Below are positions 51,125 to 64,000 of a stretch of 64,000 nucleotides of DNA, piece by piece. The stretch comes from Eledone cirrhosa. Its lineage: Eukaryota. Position 1 is the first letter of the stretch; each line of letters starts with the position of its first letter. Location of the stretch: NCBI GenBank assembly GCA_964016885.1, contig OZ024751.1, positions 3,658,001 through 3,722,000 of the forward strand, read 5' to 3'. The position numbers were made by a program, and so were the translations under genes. The notes below the pieces were generated by a model. It was not told the origin of the DNA. It made no database searches and saw only the letters and a program-made list of their open reading frames with translations.

Positions 51125-51339
51125 GTGACGAAACATAAGTCAATTGCATGAACTCATAATCCTTTATTTACTGCTATATATATATATTTCGATGATAGCC
51201 ATTGAATGGCTATGACCTCATCAGGTCATAGCCATTCAATGATGAGGTCATAGCCATTCAATGGCTATCATCGAAATATATATATAGCAGTAAATAAAGG
51301 ATTATGAGTTCATGCAATTGACTTATGTTTCGTCACTAT
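51122..51339. repeat. Fold-back palindrome with hammerhead core at the inversion point
   Basis: Arms of about 100 bp; (CT)GATGA-ggtcatagcc attcaat ggctatcatc-GAAA-tatatata. Confidence 0.85.
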
Positions 51340-51544
51340 TATAACTCCGGAACTTTTATCTTCGTTGAGTGCTCCCTATCCGCATACTGAAGTACTGGAT
51401 TTTACCAACACTCACTTTCTTGCTTATATATATAAATTAGCCGTCGAAACGGCTTGAGCTCAGCTGTCGGGGTCTTACTGGTTCCTATATATATATATAT
51501 ATATGTGATGTTGCTTTGGCTATCAATATTAATGTTATTGGGTA

Positions 51545-51647
51545 CCCACTGAAGATTTATAAGAGCCCACTTGAATAAGTATCTGTTGATCTTATACAAG
51601 CTTCTATATAACTTGTAGAAATCTTATAATGAAACGAGTCGTCTGGG
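51545..51647 (+). ncRNA. Type I hammerhead with large stem II insertion
   Basis: ccca-CTGAAGA-tttataaga...tcttataat-GAAAC-gagtc-GTC-tggg. Confidence 0.7.
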
Positions 51648-51679
51648 AAATGATATATTTGATATATCCCATATGAAAT

Positions 51680-51846
51680 AATTGTTTCTACTTTTGGCAC
51701 AAGGCCAGCAATTACCCAGTGCATTACTGGTACTTTATTTTATCGACCCCGTAAGGATGAAAGGCAAAGTTAACCTCGGCGGGATTTGAACTCAGAATGG
51801 CAAGGGCCGTAACTCTATGCATCAAAGCATGGCATCCAACCCTCTA
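51680..51846 (-). mobile_element. SINE family A lacking its 5' end
   Basis: Matches 36880-37046. Confidence 0.85.
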
Positions 51847-52000
51847 ATACACCCAATTATCCACACAATACAATATGGTTAGCACCCAAACGTTTAATTA
51901 GGAATATACTCAGGTATTTCCTAATGTTTGTTGAGTGAGTTGGAATTTGGCCGGAGTATCGCTTTTAGCTTTCTCCGATTATGTATTTATATATATATAA

Positions 52001-52056
<56 letters not shown>

Positions 52057-52280
52057 AAAAGAGTGTATATATATATATATATATACATATTGTAGGTGTT
52101 CACCATATCGGAATCCGTTTAGGAATACGATGAGATGGATCTATGCTATCGAGACTATTAATATGGAGTTGCATAATTACTTTCGATTTATCACTATATC
52201 GATTTATCCTGATCAGTAAACTCTCTGAAACGATCGTTAAACAATATACTTTTTAAGCTCTAAACTTCGAATCATTAAAC

Positions 52281-52380
<100 letters not shown>

Positions 52381-52464
52381 AAGTATTTCCGTAGAAAATG
52401 AAAGAAGCGTGCTCTATGTATAGTACAGAGCTTGCTAATTATGTAATAAATAACACAATATAAT

Positions 52465-52529
52465 TATTCCATTACCCAAGTTTTCGCGGAGTTAGACGAA
52501 ATGTTTGATTTCGTTCATCAGATGAAATA
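52465..52529 (-). ncRNA. Hammerhead motif, homologue of 55505-55579
   Basis: tatttcat-CTGATGA...GAAA-acttgg-GTA-atggaata. Confidence 0.55.
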
Positions 52530-53203
52530 TCTTTATTATGGATATAAGATATGAGATTAAAATCTATTACAAATGAAAGTGAGACTGAATTAAATATTTT
52601 CTGTCTGATTTTACGTACGTATTGCGTATAACTGCCCATATAATGTAGACGTACACATATACGTATGCGCCCTTAACTAATTTTTCTGGACATTGCGTGT
52701 GTATATTTATATTTTGCACGTAAATGTATGTTTTTTATGTGTATCATACACATATATATATATATGCGTATGCGTATCCACTTATATGTATGAATGTGTA
52801 TGTTTATGTATGTGCATGTTTATATGTATGTATTTTCATGCGTATATATATATATATTTCAATATTTGCTATTTATATATACGAGGATATGTTATATTTT
52901 ATTTTATTTACCCACGTCTGTCTGCTTATTTTGCGTAAATGTGTGCGTCCACATATTTATTGACACTGACTTATATTTGCACGTGTATATCTATTTGTGT
53001 GTACGTATTATACGTGCATATTTCTTCCGTTTACTTTACCACTGTCTGGCTTCCCATTTTTTACTTACTTTTTATTTATTTTTTATGATACTTTTGAATT
53101 TTTTCATCTCATATTTATATATTGTTATACGTTATTATTTATGTGTATGTACGAATTTTATGTGCCTTTATATAACTGTGAGAGGTTTTTATACACGTGA
53201 GCA

Positions 53204-53276
<73 letters not shown>

Positions 53277-53320
53277 CTTCAAACTATTAATAAATATAGA
53301 CATTCATGTGATCAAATATA

Positions 53321-53374
53321 TTTTATTATATATATTTCAGAGCTGTTTGATCAGTACATCCTCATCAGATAAAA
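53321..53374 (-). ncRNA. Hammerhead motif in an inverted pLTR of the 31800 family
   Basis: ttttat-CTGATGA-ggatgtactg...GAAA-tatata-TA-ataaaa; 53460-53550 matches 31915-32005 in + orientation. Confidence 0.6.
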
Positions 53375-53561
53375 TAAATTGATGTCTGACACACCTCAAC
53401 GGTGCTGATGGTTCAATTTCAGTTTTGGCAGTCAAAACTAATAGTTTGAAGTAATATTAGTAACTCCAGAAAACCTTACTGTTGAGTGCTTCTAATCTAT
53501 TGAAAAACTATATTCATTGATTAATCAATGAACCTTGTTAAACTTTTGGTTATATATATAT

Positions 53562-53671
53562 ATAGGAAAATGTTTGACCCCGACGGCAGAGCTCAAGCCG
53601 TTTCGACGGCTATTTTAAAATAGCCGTCGAAACGGCTTGAGCTCTGCCGTCGGGGTCAAACATTTTCCTAT
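53562..53671. repeat. Perfect 110-bp spacerless palindrome
   Basis: 55-bp arms centred on tttt|aaaa at 53616/53617. Confidence 0.92.
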
Positions 53672-53773
53672 TACCCACTCTACTACCCTAAGTATTGAAT
53701 ACTCTGGTGCGTTATGGTCCATCTGGTTCCTTACCACTCTTCCTTCGTTATATATATATTTATATACAATGAT

Positions 53774-54102
53774 ATGGAAACTATATTTATAAAACCATAT
53801 TTAATCTATTATATATATTTCAAGGGTACCAAAAATGTTGGTACGCTTTCATCAGATAAAATACAAAGTGTGTTTTATAAATTTTGACATAGCCAAGGAA
53901 CATACCTTAATGGTTAAAATTTTCCTTGGATAGTCAAAGAAAATTTCTAAGGAAAATTTCAACCGTTAAGGTGTGTTCCTTGGCTATGTCAAAATTTATA
54001 AAACACACTTTGTATTTTATTTGATGAAAGCGTACCAAACTTTTTGGTACCCTTGAAATATATATAATAGATTAAATATGGTTTTATAAATATAGTTTCC
54101 AT
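53774..54102. repeat. Fold-back palindrome with a hammerhead in each arm
   Basis: Arms of about 155 bp; intact CTGATGA at 53849-53855 (-), TTGATGA in the right arm. Confidence 0.85.
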
Positions 54103-54217
54103 TTATTTAATATCATTTAATATCATTGAATATTATACTCCAAATCTGTCGAGTGCTCTGAATCAGTTATAAACATTTATATTTGTTGAATTACCAACAA
54201 ATTGAATATCCCTTCTG

Positions 54218-54282
<65 letters not shown>

Positions 54283-54284
54283 TA

Positions 54285-55265
54285 TCTGTATATATATAAA
54301 ATTAAGTATGTGTGTGTGTCTGTGTATTACCTACAGGGGCCTACATCTTACGACCGATTTTCAAGAAACTTTACAGGCTCATAGATTAGCCATCGTGGAG
54401 TGTTTTCTATATATTAGCGTATTGTTTTTTTTATTCCGCGGTCATTCTGCAGATAAAAATCGATAGGGGGGTCACCTTTTTTTAGGTATCGAAAAATAAG
54501 ATTTTTGGCTCTAGCTCCCACATTTTGCCACCAATTTCGTTCAAATTTTAAAGCAAAATAGAACTTATCATTGCATTGTAATCGCTTTATATTTGCATTT
54601 GTTGTTCAGGGACGGCGCGTGGCAGCCGCTTAAATATTCAAAAATACCACTTTTAGACTCAAATTTCCACTTTTTCGGCTCTAGCTCCCACATTAATCAA
54701 CTACTTTGTTCAAATTTTACACTACGCTAGATCTGATTATTTCACGTCTTAAAGTGGCTTTACATTTTGGATTTTTTGTTCAGGACCGGCGTGGCAGCCG
54801 CTTAAATATTCGAAAACACCACCTTTTCGCTCATATTTCCGCCTTTTCGGCTCTAGCTCCCACATTTTTCAACTGATTTCGTTCAAATTAGAAACTTCGG
54901 CTCCACCTCACACATAAATCAATTTATTTGGTTCAACTTTTATACTATGATAGAACCTATCATTGCACATCTTATAGATGGTCAAAGGCAAAACGATGGC
55001 CACTGACGTCGTTTGATCTTTTAGTTGTGTATTTGAGAATTCATCGGTTTCCAATCAAGTAGCGTGAGGAAATTTGGCTTAGTGTTAGAGGTCGTTACCT
55101 CCCTCCCCCAGCATGCCCCTTCGTCAGTCACCCGCGTTTCTCAGTGATAGAGGTCATCACCACCCTACCCCGCATGGCCTGTGTGTGGCCATAGATGAGT
55201 CAACACCTTTTCATTAAAGCAGATATTATTTTACCTACCCAGGCAACGCTGGGTACTGCTGCTAG
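54285..55265 (+). mobile_element. Non-autonomous Helitron
   Basis: A|TC start (tctgtatatatataaaa), 3' hairpin tacccag-gcaacg-ctgggta then CTAG|T; internal repeats of about 170 bp at 54507, 54677, 54849. Confidence 0.85.
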
Positions 55266-55504
55266 TATATATATATACATATATATATATTTGTATGTGT
55301 ACATGTGTATACGTGTATCTTTATATATGTGTGTCTATGTGTGTGTGTGTGTATACTTTTATCTTTATTTTTAGCTTCAATTTTATATGTGTGCATGTAT
55401 GTATATCTGATTCTGTGTGTACATGTATTTTTTCCATTATTTTAATTCTCCTCACTTTCATTTGTAATAGATTTTAATCTCATATCTTATATCTAGAATA
55501 AAGA

Positions 55505-55579
55505 TATTTCATCTGATGAACGAAACTAGACGTTTCTGTTAGAATCGTCTAACTTCGCGAAACCTTGGGTAATGGAATA
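55505..55579 (+). ncRNA. Type I hammerhead
   Basis: tatttcat-CTGATGA-acgaa...ttcgc-GAAAC-cttgg-GTA-atggaata; 8-bp stem I. Confidence 0.72.
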
Positions 55580-55618
55580 ATTATATTATGTTGTATATTA
55601 CACACACACATGCACACA

Positions 55619-55687
<69 letters not shown>

Positions 55688-55984
55688 ATGTGTATGTGTG
55701 TGTATACTACATATATATATATATAAATATATACATATATATATATATACATATATATATATTCTCTCACCGCTCCAAATAATGAGGTATTATCTTCGTT
55801 TTTTTACCATTCTTTGCCAGGGAACGTTTCCACGAACCAAAGTATCGTCTTCCTGTCTTCCTCCGGTTGCAACGTTTTTTGAAATATTCACTTCTGCGTT
55901 CACAGATTGACTTTTTTAGTTTCAGAAGATCCCGTTAAGGGTGAAAGCAGCGATTCTTTGCTTAAACTTTAATCTGTTATTTTA

Positions 55985-56112
<128 letters not shown>

Positions 56113-56495
56113 TGAGTATGATTGCTGCGCTCTCGTTATCGTCTAGCCACTGCACTATATAATATTAGACATATATACACACTGGTATCTACCTGATTTT
56201 GTTAGGGCTATAGACACATATATACTGCATGTACATATATGTGTGAGTTTTACACAATGAAAGGGAGACAAAAGGCAAACATAGGTTGTTAATTTGTTCA
56301 TTGTTTTCCAATCGTTTCAGTGGGTTGATTGATCAGGATAAATTGATATACTGACTAATAGACATTGGTTATGTCACTACCTATTACTAGACTCCATTTC
56401 CTAGATCCATCCCATTTCTTCCCCAGAAACAAGTGTATATAACTATACACATTTTAGTGCATTTATAAACATTTCAAACACACACCCACACACAC

Positions 56496-56594
<99 letters not shown>

Positions 56595-57150
56595 CAACAG
56601 AAATAACAATAAAATCGGTACAGTATATGGAAGGAATATATTATGTTAACGCTTGAAATAGTAGGAAGAGGGTTTTAACGTTTCGGACGCTAGTCCGTCA
56701 CCAGAAAAAAGAATGAGAAATAAGGTAGATTGAAGGAACGGGCGGGGTGGGATTGGAAAAAATGTCTTTAGATGAAGATATTAGGTCCATTACTCTACCA
56801 TAAAACAATCATGTTTCAGTAAAGAGAGCTTTCAATGGTATAATTATAGTTCAACATATATATGATAAAATTTAATAATACCATATGAATTTTCTACTGA
56901 AGCTTAGCGAACAATGTACTATGATTTGCTGAATCATCATAGCTATGTTGGAAAGGTAAAATAAATTCAAGTCGAGTCTGGGAACGATTATAGGCACCCG
57001 TTTTACGTGTGTTGTATTGAAGCGAATAACTATGTGTCTACTCTGGGAATGTATCCTATATTGCCCATGGAATACGCTGAGATACAACCGGTCCTGGCAT
57101 TGATAAATATGGTGGGTCCGTCAACTTCTTATTATTATTATTATATATAT

Positions 57151-58200
<1,050 letters not shown>

Positions 58201-58310
58201 TTCCCGACTCTTTATAATATAACCATATTCTACTAACCGAAGTGTAGGGCATCTCTTTTTTTTCTTTTCATTAAAAAAAAAATCATTTTCTTATATATAT
58301 ATATATACAT

Positions 58311-58343
<33 letters not shown>

Positions 58344-58377
58344 TATACATGTATATATATATATATATATGTATATT

Positions 58378-58412
<35 letters not shown>

Positions 58413-58421
58413 GTATATGTG

Positions 58422-58534
<113 letters not shown>

Positions 58535-59034
58535 AGGTATATAAAGTTTGGTTTTTCATCAGAAGGTATGTATCACCAATTTGGCATGTTTACATGTCTA
58601 TATATTGGAAATACGTTTACACACATTTACGCACTGTGTTATCTGTATAGTCTATATATCTCAGTAATATTATAAATATATAATATTCTCTACAATGGAT
58701 TTGAGCACATTTGCCTTGTCTTAATGGACACACACACATATATATATATATATATATTGATTGATTGATTATTTTTTAGCTTCAGAATAACCGGTTAAGG
58801 GTGAAAGCAGCGATTCTTTACTTAAACTTTAATCTATTCTTATAATGTATATATATATATATATAGATACATATATATATATATATATATAATATTATAT
58901 ATATATTATTTATGTTATATATATACACAATATATATATATATGTATAATATATTATGTATATAATATACATATATAATAGAATATGTTTATCATATATA
59001 TATATATTATATGTATATATATATAGAGAGAGAG

Positions 59035-59098
<64 letters not shown>

Positions 59099-59243
59099 CT
59101 ATCTATATATATATATATATATATATATAAATATATTATATATATATATTATAAACATATTCTATTATATATATATTATATGCATAATATATTATACATA
59201 TATATATATATTGTATATATATATAACATATATAATATATATA

Positions 59244-59306
<63 letters not shown>

Positions 59307-59552
59307 AAAAAAGATGAAATCGAAAATGCAGACCCTCCATCTCAACTCTACTTTTGAAAAGCAGAAGAACTGCGAAACCCGTAAAGGAACCAAATAAATT
59401 TATATATATTTTTAAAAAAAGAGACTGCAGTTGCAGACTGCAGTTGCATTTTTGATTTCATCTTTTTTCCTTATATTTTCACTCGTGGAGGACACCTCGG
59501 TTATTTTTCATTTTGTAAAAAAACCTCACTTTCTAATATATACCTATATATT

Positions 59553-59674
<122 letters not shown>

Positions 59675-59787
59675 TTATTCCGGGTTGGAATCGGAGGTAA
59701 CCACAGTAAGTAAGGTACTCAATACATAGCAGAGTATAAATGTTTTAATATAGATGAGATTCTACAGGACTAGAACTGTTTCATATA

Positions 59788-59819
<32 letters not shown>

Positions 59820-59918
59820 TATATATATAATATATATATACATATATATGTATATATATATATAATATCCATATATAATATATACATATATATATACATA
59901 TATATTATATATCTATAT

Positions 59919-59998
<80 letters not shown>

Positions 59999-60080
59999 AA
60001 GGTATATATTGAGTTAGAAACTCAAAATAGTCTTTTACAATTAAATAGCTCAAGGAAAGAGATTTTTTCGACCCGTAATT

Positions 60081-60570
60081 GAATATAAAAGAGAGATAAA
60101 CACAGATATATACATATATGTGTTCAAATCGTAAGGGACCAGATTCGCTAGGGTGAAAAAGAAACTAACTATGGACAATATGGTTTGCCAGACTCAATTT
60201 AAGAATAAATCAAGAAAATAAATACAAACCGGAATTGTGGTAACAACCAGACACCCAGACAGCGTTCGGTGAAGCTGTTTCGCAATTTAATTGTGAAAAG
60301 AATTACCAATTTCTATTGCTCATCAGTTGGTGTAAATTAGTAAACTCTTCACTTCTATGTATATCAGAAAACTGAATAGTGTGCGTATATAAAATAACGC
60401 ACATGGCATCAGAACCTAGCGTGTCTCACAAACACATACCACTAAAAATAGCAGCCAAATTTACTTGACATTTAAATTAGCTCAACAAACCAACGGAGCC
60501 GAATATATCAAATCTGTTCCCTTACGATTTGAACACATATATGTGTATATCTGTGTATATCTTTATATTC
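60081..60570. repeat. Element with about 60-bp inverted ends
   Basis: 60081-60145 matches the reverse complement of 60511-60570; CTGATGA...GAAAC on minus strand about 60270-60330 without a good stem I. Confidence 0.6.
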
Positions 60571-60589
60571 GATTATAATATATATATCT

Positions 60590-61214
60590 ATTGTAATATA
60601 TCAAATCAAAATTACATTATTAAATCTTATTCTTATTTTTTTCTTGAAAATAATTTTTTTCAAAATATCAATTTAAAACTTTTTTGAATAGGCATCATAT
60701 CTTGTCATTTACCTATGGTTTAAATTTCATATAAATCGAAGGGAAACATTTTTCAGCTGGGGTTTTGTGCACCCGGGGAACCCTTTGATTAAAATGAAAT
60801 ATACTTATCCAAGCACCCTGGGCAATGACGTTTCAGAATATATATGGTTATGCGGGTCTATCTCCAAAACTATAGGAGGAGTTCGTGAAATCTTGTTCCT
60901 TTTATTGTCCAAAATGTTCACTATAGGGTGTCTTAATATTATTGAAATTTGCTGAGATTTTGTGAATACGCATCATATCTTGTCATTTACCTTTGGTTTA
61001 TATAAATTTTATATAAATCGAAGGGAAAATATTTTCAGCGGGGTTTGGCCCCCGGGTAACCCTTGGTTTAAAATGAAATATACTTATCCAAGTACCCTGC
61101 GCAATGTAGTTTCAAAATTAATATGGTTATGGGGATCTATCTCAAAAACACTAGGAGTAGTTCGTGAACAAACAAACAAACAAGCAGACAGGAATATAAC
61201 TTTATATATATAGA
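60590..61214 (-). mobile_element. Helitron-like 5' portion with a 278-bp internal duplication
   Basis: Minus-strand start TCTATATATATAAAG followed by (GTTT)n; repeats at 60693 and 60971; no CTAG end found. Confidence 0.6.
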
Positions 61215-61404
61215 TATATAATATACATATATATATATATATATATAGGCAAAAGTATGACCCCGGCGGCAGAGCTCTAGCCGTTTCGACGGCTATTTCT
61301 GGACTCTGCCACCGGGGTCATACTTTTTCCTATTTCCCACTCCCTAAGTATTGAGTACTCTGGTGCGTTATGGTCCATCTGGTGCCTTGCCACAATTCCT
61401 TTGT

Positions 61405-61540
<136 letters not shown>

Positions 61541-61544
61541 GTAA

Positions 61545-61732
61545 TAATTGTTTCTACATTTGGCACAAGGGCACCAATTTCCAGTACATTACTGGTACTT
61601 TTAATTTATCGACACCGTAAGGATGAAAGGCAAAGTTAACCTCGGCAGGATTTGAACTCTGATCGTAAGGGGACGTAACATATATAGTAATAATAAACGT
61701 GAAGACTAAAATCTGAAGAGGGCTTGATAAGG

Positions 61733-61770
<38 letters not shown>

Positions 61771-62258
61771 ATTAATGATTATAAATGTGAAGACTAAAAT
61801 CCAAAGAGGGCTTGATAAGGATAAATATATATATGTATAATATATTATGTATATAATATATATATAATAGAGTAGGTTTATCATATATATATAATTGTTT
61901 CAACGTTAGGGACAAGGCCAGCAAATACCAGTGCATTACTGGTGTGATATTATGTATATATTTATAATTGTTTCTACTTTTTGCACAAGGCCAGCAAATA
62001 CCCAGTACATTACTGGTACTTTATTTTATCGATCCCGTAAGGATGAAAGGCAAAGTTAACCTTGGTGGGATTTGAACTCAGACCATAAAGGGCCGTATAT
62101 TATATATTTATAATATATAATATATATATAATATATTATGTATATATATATATAATTGTTTCTACTTTTGGCACGAGGCCAGCAATTACCCAGTGCATAA
62201 CTGGTACTTTATTTTATAGACCCCGTAAGGATGAAAGGTAAAGTTAACCTCGGCGGGT
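61545..62258 (-). mobile_element. Cluster of four 5'-truncated SINE family A copies
   Basis: taattgttt tails near 61545, 61892, 61965 and 62153. Confidence 0.8.
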
Positions 62259-62299
62259 TATTGTATATTAATCTGTATTGTATTTTAATCTGTATTGTA

Positions 62300-62361
62300 T
62301 TTTATCTGATGAAAGCGCACCATAGTTTGCCTTGGTAGCCCTTGAAATATGTATAATAAAA
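62300..62361 (+). ncRNA. Hammerhead motif (53774 family)
   Basis: ttttat-CTGATGA-aag...ctt-GAAA-tatgta-TA-ataaaa. Confidence 0.6.
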
Positions 62362-62426
62362 TAAATATGGTTTTATAAATATAGTTTCCAGTTGTTAATA
62401 TATTGTAATAAAAATATATATATATG

Positions 62427-62521
<95 letters not shown>

Positions 62522-62597
62522 GGAAATCAGTAAAATCGAATCTCTGGCGGTTTGCAAGTAAATTCGACCTATATATATATATATATATACATATATA

Positions 62598-63836
62598 TAT
62601 TGTTATACTTTGGGAGGGTAATGTTGCCAATAAGAAACACACGCAACAGTTGCTTTCACTTCAATTTATTATAATAAATTTATAAATTTAGGAATTTATA
62701 AATTTCCGGTTGGTTGGTTGGTTCCACAACCAGATGGTTGTTTATATATTGTCAAAGTTCTTTCGTCACACATTCTGTGACCTCTTCAGTGACTGGGGAT
62801 TCTTTTCTTTGTTTTTGTGCCTCTCCTTTGTTCTGTCCTACGCCATCTTGTTTCTGTGTGTGTGTTGTGTGCTCAGTTTGCGCATGCGCCACATCCGGAT
62901 GTCTGTGTGTGTTTATATTCGTTTATTTATTTGTTTATTTACATGTTACAGGTTGGTTGTTTGTTTTATGTGCGTGTGTGTTTTCATTTCGTCCTTAATT
63001 GTAAGTTGTGATGTTGCTGTTCCACTCATGTTTTCTATTTAATTTTGGTTGTAATTCTTTTTATGTTTATTGCCCTCTGTGATTTGTCTAAACATTGCGT
63101 CTTTTCTGTGTGTAGATTCTATTTTTATTTCTATGTTCTCTAATTTACCCTTATGTTCTATTTTAGCATGTTGTTAGAGTACAGATGATTCTTTACTATC
63201 TTGAAGGTCTCGCTAGTGTTCATTTACCCGTTCCCCTACACTACGAGCTGTCTCACCTATGTACACTATATTTTTGTCTCTACATTGTCCTTCAGTACAT
63301 CTTATGCTATATACTACATTTCAAGTTTTACAGTTAATATGGGGGCTTAATTTACAGGTTATACATTTCTTATCTATACAGGGGGTCTTTGAAAGGGGTA
63401 TGTCTTGCTAATAAGTGTTTTTATGGAGGTACCTGGTCTTTCTACTATCTTAATATTGAGTTTATGTTTATCTAAGGGCCCTTCTAAATTTGTAAGCTAA
63501 TTCACCTCTAGGGGTTGTATCGATGAACATTACACTCTGGTATTTATTGCTATCATACCATGAGTTTATTCTATTAGCCTTATTCCTAGTTCTTTCTATT
63601 CTATTCCAAAATTTGCTCCTATACAAGGGGCAGGTCCCATTTGTGTCATTATTTACCATTTTTTCCCATTTGGTTCTGGCTCCTCTATACACTCTGATTT
63701 TATCTCTCTGATTGTAACCAGAGAACTGCATACGGTGGATGAAGTGTTGTATGTGTCTCTCAAGTTCTTCGGGGTTGCACATGCGGGACACGTTTCTTAT
63801 CACCCGTACCAAATCCGCAATCAGTATGTTGTACAT
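62598..63836 (-). mobile_element. Penelope-like element, 5'-truncated, decayed
   Basis: ORF 63468-63836 RMQFSGY...YQSVMFIDTTPRG; YIGETARSVGER; pLTR with hammerhead 62751-62793. Confidence 0.87.
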
Positions 63837-63837
63837 A

Positions 63838-63962
<125 letters not shown>

Positions 63963-64000
63963 GGAAAGTTATATTTAAATTGTTGGGTTACAACTATATT

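Noticed and set aside
56674-56710. Hammerhead on the minus strand
   Set aside because: Core is CTGGTGA with weak stem I, so it is a decayed pLTR relic.

Overview
AT-rich, repeat-saturated eukaryotic DNA with no recognisable host gene. The SINE tails and the (TA)n/(CA)n density point to an octopus/cephalopod genome (inference). The main finding is a near-perfect 466-bp tandem array (41944-48311, 13.7 units) in which each of the 13 complete units carries a type I hammerhead ribozyme and an octamer motif. The array begins at the predicted ribozyme cleavage site, has a 228-bp fold-back arm, and has diverged single-locus relatives at 14.3 kb and 32.8 kb. This fits a non-coding, probably Penelope-mobilised retrozyme-like family. 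About 30 hammerhead or hammerhead-like motifs and about 10 fold-back palindromes occur across the window. The second major feature is a nest at 19.1-32.0 kb: a Naiad-type Penelope element whose poly-Asn (AAT)n linker received an intact Tx1-clade LINE, a near-intact R4/Dong retrotransposon and a truncated R4/Dong copy, with a SINE inserted just downstream. The SINE 3' tail matches that of the Tx1 LINE. The remainder is Penelope, RTE, Helitron, Tc1/mariner and pogo debris set in microsatellites. All folds and alignments were read by eye and boundaries are approximate.
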